Source: Octopus sinensis (taxonomy: Eukaryota). Taken from it: a DNA stretch of 64,000 nt. Both the position numbers and the translations under genes were made by a program. The first letter of the stretch is position 1. Each line of letters starts with the position of its first letter. Of the stretch, positions 13,081 to 24,558 are shown piece by piece. The stretch covers positions 12,400,001-12,464,000 of the forward strand of contig NC_043003.1 in the NCBI RefSeq assembly GCF_006345805.1, read 5' to 3'. Under the pieces are notes generated by a model that did not search any database, was not told where the DNA came from, and worked only from the letters and a program-made list of their open reading frames with translations.

Positions 13081-14596
13081 ACATTTTAACATGTTACTTT
13101 ATTGAGAAATTTATTAGATAAAAAGGTTAAGAATTGAAACATCATTACAAATTACTAATGTCTGGACTCTGTTAATTAAAAGGAACGCTTGATTAATTGT
13201 TGTGGGGAAAGTATCTTTTAAGATTTTTCATACACGAAAGGAATTAAATTTTATTGGCCACCGGGGAAAAGTGAAGTTAGATATTATAGTTTTAATGGTG
13301 TTTTATTGATTAATATGTCACTATTTGTGATCTTAATTTTAATTTCTATTACAGGAATGTAACTTAGCATTAAATTAGATTTGCTGAATATTTCTTGAGT
13401 AATTGCGTGTGTGTTTGTGTGTGTCAGAATGTGTGATTGTAAGTATGAAAATGTGTTTGTGTGCGTGTATGTATGAAAATGTTTGCGTCTCTATATGTGT
13501 AAATGATTTGATAGTGTCACTGATAAAAAGAAAAAAGAATTCCTACTTCATTGCATATGAAAAGCCAAACCAATTAAGAGAAATCTAATTTTATGAAATT
13601 TGACTACCTTGGGATCTACTCTCATTGTATCCTAAACAGACATATAACCTCTCAATCAATTTGTTTTAAGAACAATATTGCCAACATTCATTGTAAAATT
13701 ACTAGATTGTGTGTACATCACATTAATTAATTGTAGCCAAGATTCATAGATTAGATTGAGTAATTTAATGTGGATGCTGTATTGCTTTTGAATATATCAA
13801 GGAGTAGAATGCATAATACAACTGAAGAATACTGATTTCTCTGATTGGATTTACTGTACTCACTATCAATTAAAAATAGGAAAAATATCTAAGATTTATC
13901 TGTGTCAGTCAATTTGTTGAGAAAAAGTCCCCCAGAAATTGAGAAGCTCTAAGAGTATGTTTGCTTCCTGACAACATGGCATCAGGTTCAGTGCTCCTGT
14001 GTGGCACCTTGGGCAAATATCTTTCTATATATAAATGGCAAAATGTCTGTCTGTGTGTGTGTGTATCCTTTATACAAATCCACAATTTTTCAGTTAGAGG
14101 GCTTGCACTTTCTATGGTCATTCAAAACCGTCGTGCACCAAGGGTGGTCGTGCACATCTTTACATTTTCACAGTCACCCCGCAAAGCCATTAAAAAATCA
14201 ATAGAAGTGACTTTTTTGTGAATTTTCTATCCAAAACCCAATCAAAATGCCCGAAACTTGATACGCCAATTAAATGCATTGCCGGATCATAGTGCTAGTC
14301 TTCTATTATAACTCAGGGCCAACCAATGCTTTGGGAGTGGATTTAGTTGATAGAAACTGAAAGAAGCCCGTTGTATGTGTGTGTGTGTCTCTTTGTTTTG
14401 ACATTACTTGGTAATTGTAAATGAATGTCACTGTCAGTCATTTACAGTATTCCGCGAGAACACGTCTGGCTGCCGGGAATTTATTACTTTGCTTGAAAAC
14501 AGATGAGGGATGGCTGGAGAAAAGCTTCCTCAATAAACTCTGTCTGACCGATGCAAGCATGGAAAAATGGGCATTAAACTGGTGTGTGTATATTTA

Positions 14597-14799
14597 AAAA
14601 AACATATAATTGTAAAATATAGTTATAATTAAGGGCTACTGGATATGACCAGCAGCCTACACTAGAAGTAGATTTCAAATACCTACAATCTACTCTAAGA
14701 GATAGGTATTTGTAGGTATCTGACATCTACTTCCAGCATAGGCTGCTGATCATATCCAGTAGCCCTTAATTATAATTATATTTTATAATTATGTTTTTG
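14597..14799. repeat. Imperfect palindrome of about 200 bp (foldback)
   Basis: ttataattaagggctactggatatgaccagcagccta...gtagat pairs with atctac...taggctgctgatcatatccagtagcccttaattataa around a very small loop. Confidence 0.85.
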
Positions 14800-14894
14800 A
14801 AAAAAGTTTGATTTTACCTATATGGTCACTGTTATGCACTAGGCCACTGATATAATCATTTTTTGATTATATCCTTATTTTATATATGTATATA

Positions 14895-15325
14895 TAAAAG
14901 AAAAATGTATTAAATATTACAAAACGTACATGTAGAACAAACACAGAAGGAGCATAATTCTTCATTTGTTATCAACCAAAATACTAATACTCAGTTTCAT
15001 GCCTTTAACAATAAGACTGAGAACTTCATATATTGGCGGCATCTGCAAGATTTGCGTAGAATCAGGGCTTGAGCAAACAAGACAGAAAGAGTGGACATAC
15101 AAAAGTAAACAAATGTAATTTGAAATGATAGATGAAGACAATAAATAAATTCTGTATTGTCTTGTTTGCTCGAGCCCTAATTCTATCGGGTGCCCACGAT
15201 ATATGAAGTTCTCATTTTTATCGTTAAAGGCACAAAACAGAGTATTAGTATTTTTTGGTTGATAACTGATGAAGAATTACGGTCCTATGTGTACGTTTTG
15301 TAGTATTTAATGCATTTTTCTTTTA
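14895..15325. repeat. Foldback of about 430 bp with inverted arms of about 190 bp
   Basis: taaaagaaaaatgtattaaat...gagcaaacaagac is matched by gtcttgtttgctcgag...atttaatgcatttttctttta. Confidence 0.85.
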
Positions 15326-16210
15326 TTGAGTAACTGAATGCCACACATCCTGACTTTTATATATATATATATATAGTTAGGTTGATCCAGTGGCATGTTG
15401 CTCTTTCCTGACATGTTGCTGATTCCCGAGGGCCACTGTTAGGACTCAGAATCATGTGCCTCAACTTCTCCGTCACCATAGTGGCAGTTCTGTATTCATT
15501 ATCCACAAGTTCAGCCTAAATAAACTAATTACACTCAGCTGTGGTGTTGAGTACTTTTTCTTCATTATAACCAAATGTATGTGGGCATGCTTTCGTATGG
15601 GCGTTTGTTCTCTGTTGGTAAAACAAAACTTACCATATCTAGAGTGGTGTCAGTGCAACACAGAGATAGTAACATCTCTTCATTCATGCCTATATATGAA
15701 ATAAGTAGGTTTGTTTGTCTACAACTAGATCATTTATTTCCTCTGCCTACGTGCTTCTTGCTGATATTTTAAATCTATTCATCTGTTCTCATTTTAACTT
15801 GAGAATTCTGTCACATTTCTGAATGAGCTTTCTCCTTTCTCTGATACCCTTTGTGTTGCTGTAATTCTTTTAGCCTGTTTGTCCTGAAAATGTTGAATCT
15901 GCCATTTGTCTACGCCTTCTTGAATTCTATATTATGCAAGTGTTACTTTGTTGTTTGCTTTGTTCTAAAAATTGTCTATTGCATTTTTTTTATTATTTCT
16001 CCATCGTCTAACGGAAAACACTAAAAATAGTAATTTCTGAAGATATTTCAGTATCTCTTAGCTCTTGTAAACAGCATATGTCAATATTTCATATAATCAC
16101 CATTTCTATGCTTTTTATGTTCTCTTCTTACAATACCTTTTAACCTGTTCCAGTCATTGAACTGCAGTCATGCTGGGGCAACACTTTGACAGATTTTAAT
16201 TAAACAGATT

Positions 16211-16836
16211 CCTTTCTACTCTAGGCAAAAGGCCCTAAATTTTTAGGAGAAGCCCAGTCAATTAGATCGACTCCAATATGCAACTGGTACTTAATTTATT
16301 GACCCCGAAAGGATGAAAGGTAAAGTTGACCTCGGCAGAATTTGAACTCAGAATGTAAAGATAGTTGAAATATCTATTTCTTTACTGCCCACAAGGGGCT
16401 ACACACAGAGGGGACAAACAAGGACAGACACACAGATTAAGTCGATTACATCAACTCCAGGGCATAACTGATACTTAATTTAACGACCCCGAAAGGATGA
16501 AAGGCAAAGTTGACCTCGGCGGAATTTGAACTCAGAACGTAACAGCAGACGAAATACTGCTAAGCATTTTGCCCGGCGTGCTAATGTTTCTGTCAGCTCA
16601 ATGCCTTTATATAGTCAAATATTCTTTTCTACTCTAGGCACAAGGCCCGAAATTTTGGGGGAGGGGGCCAGTCAATTAGATCGACCTTAGTACGCAACTG
16701 GTACTTATTTATTGACCTCCAAAAGGATGAAAGGTAAAGTTGACCATGGCAGAATTTGATCTCAGAACGTAGCGGCAGACGAAACACTGCTAAGCATTTT
16801 GCCTGGTCTGCTAATGTTTCTACCAGCTTGCCACCT
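16211..16836 (-). mobile_element. SINE family A trimer nested in a family C SINE
   Basis: Three head-to-tail units with two tail types. Near-identical TSD ttttaat(t/c)aaacagatt at 16194-16210 and 16837-16853. The host SINE continues on both sides (about 16140-17160). Confidence 0.8.
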
Positions 16837-17546
16837 TTTTAATCAAACAGATTGGTGCTAGTATCTATTTTTTAAAGTCTGTTGCTTATTCTACTGGGTT
16901 CTTTTGCTGAACCACTAACTTATGGGGATATAAACACACCAACATTGGTTGTGAAGTGTTGGTAGTGGGGTACAAACACACACACACGCACTATGGGCTT
17001 CCATACATACAGTTTCCATCTACTGTATTCATTCAAAAGGCATTTGTCATCCCGAAGCTATAGTAGAAGACATTTGCTCAATGTGCCACACAGTGGGACT
17101 GAAACCAAAACCACATGGTTGCAAAGCAGGCTTCTTAATTGCACCATGATGCCTGCACCTAAACATTCAACTATTTTACTAATAATGTTGCCTATTTCTT
17201 CTCCCAATACTATTGAATATGACTAAGTGACCAATTAGTTACGCGTTTTTCTTAGTCCAAATCTCACCAGGATTCTGTTTATCAGATTATGAGGTCAGTG
17301 AAATAAATCTAGAAGTATTATGCAATAGATAATAACCATGTATCTCATTACATGGTAACTGTATACGAAGTAAAAAAGAAAGTTATGTTGTAATAATGTC
17401 TTTACTAACAGTCAGTTTGTTAAAAAGGAAAAGAGAGAATTGAGCAATAATTGTATACAATGCCTGTGGATGTGTGTACACATGCATACATGCATATGTA
17501 TATATACACATACATATACACAAATTCATGTGTGTGTGTGTGTGTA

Positions 17547-17607
<61 letters not shown>

Positions 17608-18107
17608 ATGTACATATTGTTGTTATTATGCAAAAGTGGTGTAAGTCCAAATCGTTGCTTTTTCAGAAAACAAAAAAATAGTTTCACCATTCCATAGCAA
17701 AACTGTTGTACTACATTTTGACAATTTTTGATATCTTTGCATCTGAAGCAGCTGGGGATATGATATTTTGACCAAAGGAACCGGCTATTGCAAGCAAAAA
17801 TAGATATTGGGAAAAACTCATTTGGCCAAATTTGGACATACAGCAGTTTAACATAATAACAACAATATATATATTTGCTTGTCAGTTTATCCATGTTTGC
17901 ATGGGTTATTGATGTGGCCCTATTTGAGACGGGACTTTATGGCTGAATGCTCTTCCTGCCACCAGCCCTTCTGTTTTTCAAATAAGAGATATTTCTTATG
18001 ATACAGGCTTTTAGACATACTGAGTGACCAGACATAATGCTAGTAAGGAATGTAAACATATCACCATTTCACTGACGCGAAGCTGTGCGATGCCAACCAT
18101 TATACAT

Positions 18108-19263
18108 GAGTCACTATCAGAACTAGAGAAGTTTCAGGTGTGGAAGCAAGGATTAGAATCGAAGGGCCTTAGAGTCAACATAGCTAAAACCAAAGTCCTA
18201 ATAAGTAAGAAGGTAGACAAACCACAAATCCCTTCAGGTAGATGGCCCTGCTCGATCTGTAGAAAAGGCGTAGGTAGAAACTCTATAATATGTACCCAGT
18301 GTAAGCTATGGACACATAAGTGATGCAGCAATATCAAAGGAAGGCTAACTGGGAAGATAGTTTTTGTATGTGGCAGATGCTCAGGAGTAATAAACATTGA
18401 AAATGTGCAGAGAACAACATCCGCCACATTCCAAGGAGAAAAACTAGAAGTTGATAGCTTCTGTTACCTAGGTGACCAAGTCAGTAGCGGGGGAGGGTGT
18501 GCTGAAAATGTAGCTGCTAGAATAAGTATAGCCTGGGCAAAGTTCAGAGAGTTCTTACCTCTGCTCGTGACATAGGGCCTCTCGCTCAGAGTAAAAGGTA
18601 GACTGTATGACGCATGTATACGAACAGCCATGCTACATGGCAGTGAAACATGGGCCATTACTGCTGAGGACATGCGTAAGCTTGTAAGGAATGAAGCCAG
18701 TGTGCTCTGCTGGATGTGTAATGTCAGTGTGCATACTCGACAGAGTGTAGGTACCTTGAGAGAAAAGTTGGACCTAAGAAGCATCAGATGTTGTGTGCGA
18801 GAGAGACAAATTTGATGACTGGCTTCCATGCTAGTGGAGCACTAAGAGCACCAGCTGAGTGTGATCATTGCCAGAGCAGCTGACTGGCTTCCATGCCGAT
18901 GGCACATAAAAAGCACCATTCGAGCATGATCATTACCAGCATCATCTTACTGGCACATGAAAAAACATTCGAGCAAGGTCGTTGCCAGTGCCACTGGACT
19001 GGCTCCTGTGCAGGTGGCACGTAAAAAAGACCCATTTGAGCATGGCCGTTGCCAGTACCGCCTGACTGGCCCTCATCCCAGTGGCACGTAAAAGCACCCA
19101 CTACACTCTCAGAGTGGTTGGCGTTAGGAAGGGCATCGAGCTGTAGAAACTCTGCCAGATCAGATTGGAGCCTTGTGGAGCCATCTGGTTCGCCAGTCCT
19201 CAGTCAAATCGTCCAACCCATACCAGCATGGAAAGTGGACATTAAACAATGATGATGATGATG
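18108..19263 (+). mobile_element. 5'-truncated, internally deleted RTE-clade LINE with PHD-type Cys cluster and 3' UTR
   Basis: Frames give GLRVNIAKTKVL, a C4HC3 cluster, VDSFCYLGD, ARISIAWAKF and MLHGSETW (RT thumb region of RTE elements), with premature stops. The 3' part has tandem units of about 55 bp and ends in ...cccataccagcatggaaagtggacattaaacaat(gat)n. Confidence 0.85.
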
Positions 19264-19341
19264 TGCATACATGCATACACATACATGTGACAGTTTTAGC
19301 TTTCTAGCTTCCATTTATCAAGTTCACTCTCAAAGCAAAGT

Positions 19342-19585
19342 GGAAGCACATGGCTTAGTGGTTAGGGTGTTGGACTCATGATTCTAAGATTGTGGTTTCA
19401 ATTCCTGGACTGTGTGGCATGTTTTGTTCCTGAGCAAATCACTCCACTTTACGTTGCTCCAGCCCACTCAACTGGCAAAAGTGAGTAATCCTGCGATGGA
19501 CCAGCATCCCATCCTGGTGGGGAATATGTACACTATGAAACCAGGAAACCAGCCCTTGTGAGTCGGCATGACTTGAAAATGTAAT
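19342..19585 (+). mobile_element. tRNA-derived SINE with V/Nin-like central domain
   Basis: tRNA-like head ggcttagtggttagggtg...ggtttcaattcc and central cctgcgatggaccagcatcccatcc motif. Confidence 0.55.
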
Positions 19586-19869
19586 TTTACTTTTACCTTT
19601 ACTCTCAAAGCATTGCTTAACCAGAGTTTCCAAAAGACACAGCGAAGCCATATCATTATGGAGCTATTTTTTAATCACACAGCCATGCCTGCAACTATAT
19701 ATATGTGTTTGTGTGTGTTTGTGTGTATGCACACTTAAACTCACAATTCACTGTATGTCCTTTCTAATAAAACAATACTTAACCTATTTAAGTGACATCA
19801 ATGAAATTGTTGAAGTTGCCAATGATTGCTTATGAGTGAATTCACAGTGATATTGTAAACCGTGTGAAC

Positions 19870-20260
19870 CATTTGCAGTAGCAAACCTATCACTTTCAGA
19901 TAGGTCACCTAGATAACAGAAGCTATCTTGCTACCTATAAGGATTCTCCTGGGCATTTGAGAAAATCTATTTTCCATATGCTTTTAGTGTTTATTGCTCC
20001 TGCAGATCTACCACATTCAACAACTACTTTCTTAATCTACCTGTGATATCGCTAAACCTCTTGTGTGTCCATAGTTTCCATTGGGTACATTATATGGAAT
20101 TTCTATTTATTCATTTTCTACATGTTGAGCAAGGCCATTTCCCTGAAGGAAGGAGAGCTCTCTGTTTTCCTATTTGCTAAAACTTTATTCTTTTCTAAGT
20201 TAAGTTTAAGTATCATCCTGGTTACTGAATATTTTAATTAAGCCTTTTAAAAAATATCCT
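19870..20260 (-). mobile_element. Older degenerate copy of the same PHD-bearing RTE LINE
   Basis: Minus translation KLNLEKNKVL ... VVVECGRSAGAINTK parallels RVNIAKTKVL ... FVCGRCSGVINIE at 18108-18410. Confidence 0.45.
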
Positions 20261-21097
20261 TCGTGTAAACATCCTGAAGACTGAAACTGTTAGAAGAGTT
20301 CATATACCAAGGGAGATAATCAGGGTAAGAAGCAGAGGTCTTTTTCCTTTAAGCTATAAATGCGCTAATTATAATTTTTTGAAGTAGGATGGTTAAAACA
20401 GTACTTTTTCTGTAAGAAGATATCGACACAAATGAACTACTAATTATTTAATTAATCTTAAGAGAAGCATGAAAATGCAATTGCCCCTAGCTGGATTTTA
20501 GATAAAGCATTAGGTCCCCAAAATAGATTTTATAAAGCATCATGTCCAGCTGTTTTGCATGCAATAACAACAATTATTATCATCATCATCATCATCATAA
20601 TCATTATCATCATCATCATCATCATCATCATCATTTAATATGTCTTCCTTGCTGGCATGGTTTGGATAGTTTGACAGGATCTAAAAAGCCAAGAGATTTG
20701 TGTCAAGCTCCAATTTTAGTTATGGCATGGTTTCTACTGTTGGATGCCCTTTCTGATACCAACCATTTTATAGAATATACTAGTTGCTTCTTATGTGATG
20801 CTGGCACTTGTGAGGTTGCGAAGTAACTAGCAAGGCAGAGAAAATGACTCCTAGACTGAGTGGGGCTGTAGTAGAGAGGAAGGTTGGTTTTATGCCAGGT
20901 ATTGAGGGTCGAGAGGAAGATAGAAGGACAGGCACAAATGTCATGCTATAGAAGAGATATTTGTCTACCCCACTCTATATAAGGGTGGGTAAAAGTAGCT
21001 GGAGAAAAAAAATGTAAAAATTCCCCTCTCATCACAATATTCAGTTTAATACATTTATTAATAGATGATTATTATTTATATTGTTATATATTTTCAG

Positions 21098-21400
21098 TTG
21101 TGTCTGGGGAGAGTCATTTTTTTTTGTGCCTTATAATGTAACATACTCACTGGTAAAATTTCCACTTATTTTTATTTTCCTAAAATTTTCGTTGCGTCTT
21201 GACTCTTTCAAGACAAATGAAAAGGTTGCAAGATGCAACAAAAATTTTAGGAAAATAAAAATAAGAAATAAGTGAAAATTTTACCAGTGAGTATGTTACA
21301 TTATAAGGCACAAAAAGAAAATGACTCTCCCCAGACACAACAGAATATGCTTCAACACATGAACTCATATAAAGAATCTTGCAAGCCAAATCCAAAAACG
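21098..21400. mobile_element. Foldback retroposon-like element, copy 2
   Basis: Same architecture with arms of about 105 bp. 12-bp TSD tatatattttca at 21085-21096 and 21404-21415. Confidence 0.8.
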
Positions 21401-22879
21401 AAATATATATTTTCATTTGTTGCACATTGAATATATTATGTCATCATCATTATCATTTAACATCCCCTTTTCCAACCTGGCATAGGTTGGACAATTTCTT
21501 GAGAACAGACAAGCCGGAGGGCTGCACCAAGTAATTATATAAATTAAAATTAGTTGTTTTTTTATTTTGCTTGCCTCATACTTATTCTACAAAGCAAAAC
21601 AAAAAACTATATTTGTACCAGTTTATCCTCGTGGCTTAGGTTCACAATATGATTGCTACCTATATATTTATGCAAGCTAGGTACATTATTGCAGGTTGAT
21701 TTAAGTACATTAGTCTAGTAAATAGCATGGCTGTTGCAAGATACATACCTAATCATTAAAGTCAAGCATTTTAGCCTTGTCTTCTTTAGTAACTCATTAA
21801 CAAAAATATAAATAATCTTGTATCCAAAAGCTTTTTTTTTTTTACCTCTGAATAGTTTTTTCCTGAATGCATTTCTACAGCTTGTAAGATTTGGAAAGGT
21901 TTAATAATCGCTTCAGAATATGAGGACTATCCTTTTTGTGTTGGGAAAAACTGAAAAATATAAGATAAAGTCATTGAGCCACTATATTGTTTTTCTCAGG
22001 TAAACTTTATTTAAAATAATAAAAGTATTCTATTGATTATAGTAGACTAATCTCTCATTATGAGAAAATTTTTTTCCTCTCTTCTAATCCCTTAATATAC
22101 TTATATCTTGAAAGAATTAAGATAATAATAATAGCCACTTAATATGGTGTTTCAATTAACACAATGAATAAATAAATACATTGAGAAATGAAAAGAACAA
22201 AAACTCTTCTAAATGCTGTGATACTTAATCTGTAAACACACACAAACATGATTTACCTCCTTAGCGTTTCTTACCGGCAATAATAACCAGTTTAACTGTT
22301 CTGATCTTCATTACTTTATAATTTCATAGACTAAATTACATCCTGTTATGATGTGTAAAATCTTAGAAGTTAAACTGAGGCTGGTTATTTCTATGTTATT
22401 TTCCAAACAATTCTGTTTTCATATTCCTAACAATGTACAATTTTGTATAGTTACTTAGTGACTATTTCAACAGTATTTTGGTGAGTTTGATAAAGGTTAT
22501 GTTCTGTTGATGAGGTGACAGTAAGGCTAAAACACGTCTGGCATTGTCTCATATAGGTTGAAAATTTGAAAAATATATTAATAGTTAATAATTTTGGTAT
22601 GCTGCTGTGGCACCCTGTTTTGGCGTTGGTATAGCTTTCAATCCCAAAGTTAGGTGCTAGACCCTTCCCAGGATCTTTCATATGTGTGTCACTGCATATC
22701 TTTCATGTTTTTAGGGTGTAAAACTCAGTTCTTTTAACATTTTCCCACAACTTTCTATGTGCAGGCAACTGATTGGCTGGGTTTTGAGACCTTTCAGCAT
22801 AAGATAAAAGGCAACCATATTGGTTGTTCTCAGTTGTCTGGACTAATGCTCAATTATGATTGTCACATTGTTTGTTCCT

Positions 22880-23171
22880 TCTTGAGCCATGCCTGGTTCA
22901 TAAGGGCAGGTTTCCCAGTTTCCTTGGCGTATAGGTTCCCCATATGGACGGGATGCCGGTCTGTCACAGGTGAGCTGCAAGATGCAGAAGGAAAGAGTGA
23001 GAGAAAGTTGTGGTGAAAGAGTCAGAAGTTTCGCCATTACCGCCTGCCAGAGCCGCATGGAGTTTAGGTGTTCTCGCTCATAAACACACACACATCTCCT
23101 GGTCTGACATTTGAACCCACGATCCTTTGACCGTGTGTCCACTGCGCTAACCACTAGGCCATGTGCCTCCA
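22880..23171 (-). mobile_element. tRNA-derived SINE with V/Nin-like central domain
   Basis: Minus strand: ggcctagtggttagcgcagtggac...gggttcaaatg head and cctgtgacagaccggcatcccgtcc motif. Confidence 0.55.
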
Positions 23172-23359
23172 CATGATTGTGATATAACATCAAATAAATA
23201 TATTTGTGGATCTCAAGGCAATTCAATGCTGTTACATCAAAAACGTTGCCTCAGTGATATGTATATCCTTCCTGGATATATGTACAAAATGGATATTCTG
23301 ATAAGGTTTTGGGTTGTTGGGGGTCACTCTGAATGCAGTATTCTTTGCATAACATACCT

Positions 23360-23807
23360 ATTTCTTTACTACCCACAAGGGGCTAAACATCGAGAGGGCA
23401 AACAAGGACAGACAAACGGATTAAGTCGATTATATCGACCCCAGTGTGTAACTGGTACTTATTTAATTGACCCCGAAAGGATGCAAGGCAAAGTTGACCT
23501 CGGTGGAATTTGAACTCAGAACGTAATGGCAGATGAAATACCGCTAAGCATTTTGCCCCGCGTGCTTACGTTTCTTATTTCTTTACTACCCACAAGGGGC
23601 TAAACACAGAGAGGACAAACAAGGACAGACAAACGGATTAAGTCAATTATATCGACCCCAGTGTGTAACTGGTACTTATTTAATTGACCCCGAAAGGATG
23701 CAAGGCAAAGTTGACCTCGGTGGAATTTGAACTCAGAACGTAGCGGCAGATGAAATACCGCTAAGCATTTCGCCCGGTGTGCTAACGTGTCTGCCAGCTT
23801 GTCACCT
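23360..23807 (-). mobile_element. SINE family A dimer
   Basis: Two tandem units. 19-bp TSD ttctttgcataacatacct at 23341-23359 and 23808-23826. Confidence 0.88.
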
Positions 23808-24145
23808 TTCTTTGCATAACATACCTTAGACCCTTTGCCTAGTGGAGCCCATTCCTCTTTGCAGTTAGGGTAGCTGCAACATTAACAAAACTTCTAGATG
23901 TACAAATGTTACAGTGGTAAGTTCGGTAATTAAGACATATGTCTTTGCCTCGTAAACAGTGCATGTAGTTGTATTGAATTACAATACACTGTCGGTGCTA
24001 TCATTTGAGAAATTTTCATGAATGAACTGTCACAAGATAATATGTTTATGTAGTGTGACTAAGGTACACTTTTGCTATTGAGTCACCGTATTGATAATTT
24101 GTAATTATAGACTATGTACTTTAAATTGTGTATATTATAATTTAG

Positions 24146-24445
24146 GAACCTGGTGAGGTGCTTAAACCATGTATGAGAAAAATTCTAAATGAATTGAAAT
24201 TTGCTTCTTTGTTGGAGAAAGAACACAAAAACCTAGTGGCAATTGCTAACAATTTTCAAAGTCAAAGGGAGATAATCTCGAAAACTTACATGTTCATACT
24301 TAAGAAACATCTGATCTTTTCAAGCAGGCATGGTGACAGTTATGAAGAAGATATCAAATTTTTATAATGGTTACAAAGAATTCTCGCCAATATTGTCTCA
24401 GATCTTTTAAAACAATTGCTCTTTCATTTCTACTTCCCTTCATGT
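24146..24445 (+). pseudogene. Exon-like frame resembling the Mab-21/cGAS-like receptor C-terminal helical domain, with in-frame TAA at 24365-24367
   Basis: Acceptor aatttag|GAA at 24145/6. Translation EPGEVLKPCMRKILNELK...SKTYMFILKKHLIFSSRHGDSYEEDIKFL*WLQRILANIVSDLLKQLLFHFYFPSC. By-eye register match to the Mab-21 pattern CRKKCLSILK...YHMKT...KHP...LNGILLQLISCL...PHYFLP. Confidence 0.5.
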
Positions 24446-24465
24446 GTGTCTACATATGCGTACGT

Positions 24466-24502
<37 letters not shown>

Positions 24503-24558
24503 CGCATACCTACAAATAGTTACTGAAGGTGAAAAACTGAAGCAAATTTTATCTTCAA

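Noticed and set aside
12742-13092. 116-aa minus ORF with apparent splice sites
   Set aside because: It is the antisense of a decayed + strand RTE LINE 3' end, and the poly-His comes from the (GAT)n tail.
18860-19100. Regularly spaced units of about 55 bp, superficially CRISPR-like
   Set aside because: They are diverged tandem repeats in a eukaryotic LINE 3' UTR, with no unique spacers and no cas genes.
20268-20290. CTGAAGA-ct-GAAAC hammerhead-like core
   Set aside because: There is no room for stem II and no convincing stems I or III. The CTGATGA on the minus strand near 48785 likewise lacks a paired GAAA.
22585-22650. LFWRWYSFQ, resembling the Mab-21 WRLSFS motif
   Set aside because: Too short. 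The donor phase is incompatible with 24146 and chance is likely.
23869-23916. 48-nt in-phase micro-exon (GSCNINKTSRCTNVTV) with gtaagt donor upstream of the cGLR-like exon
   Set aside because: It lacks the expected WRxSFS-type motif and lies in what looks like an old LINE RT remnant (FVDLKA near 23207). It cannot be supported without RNA data.
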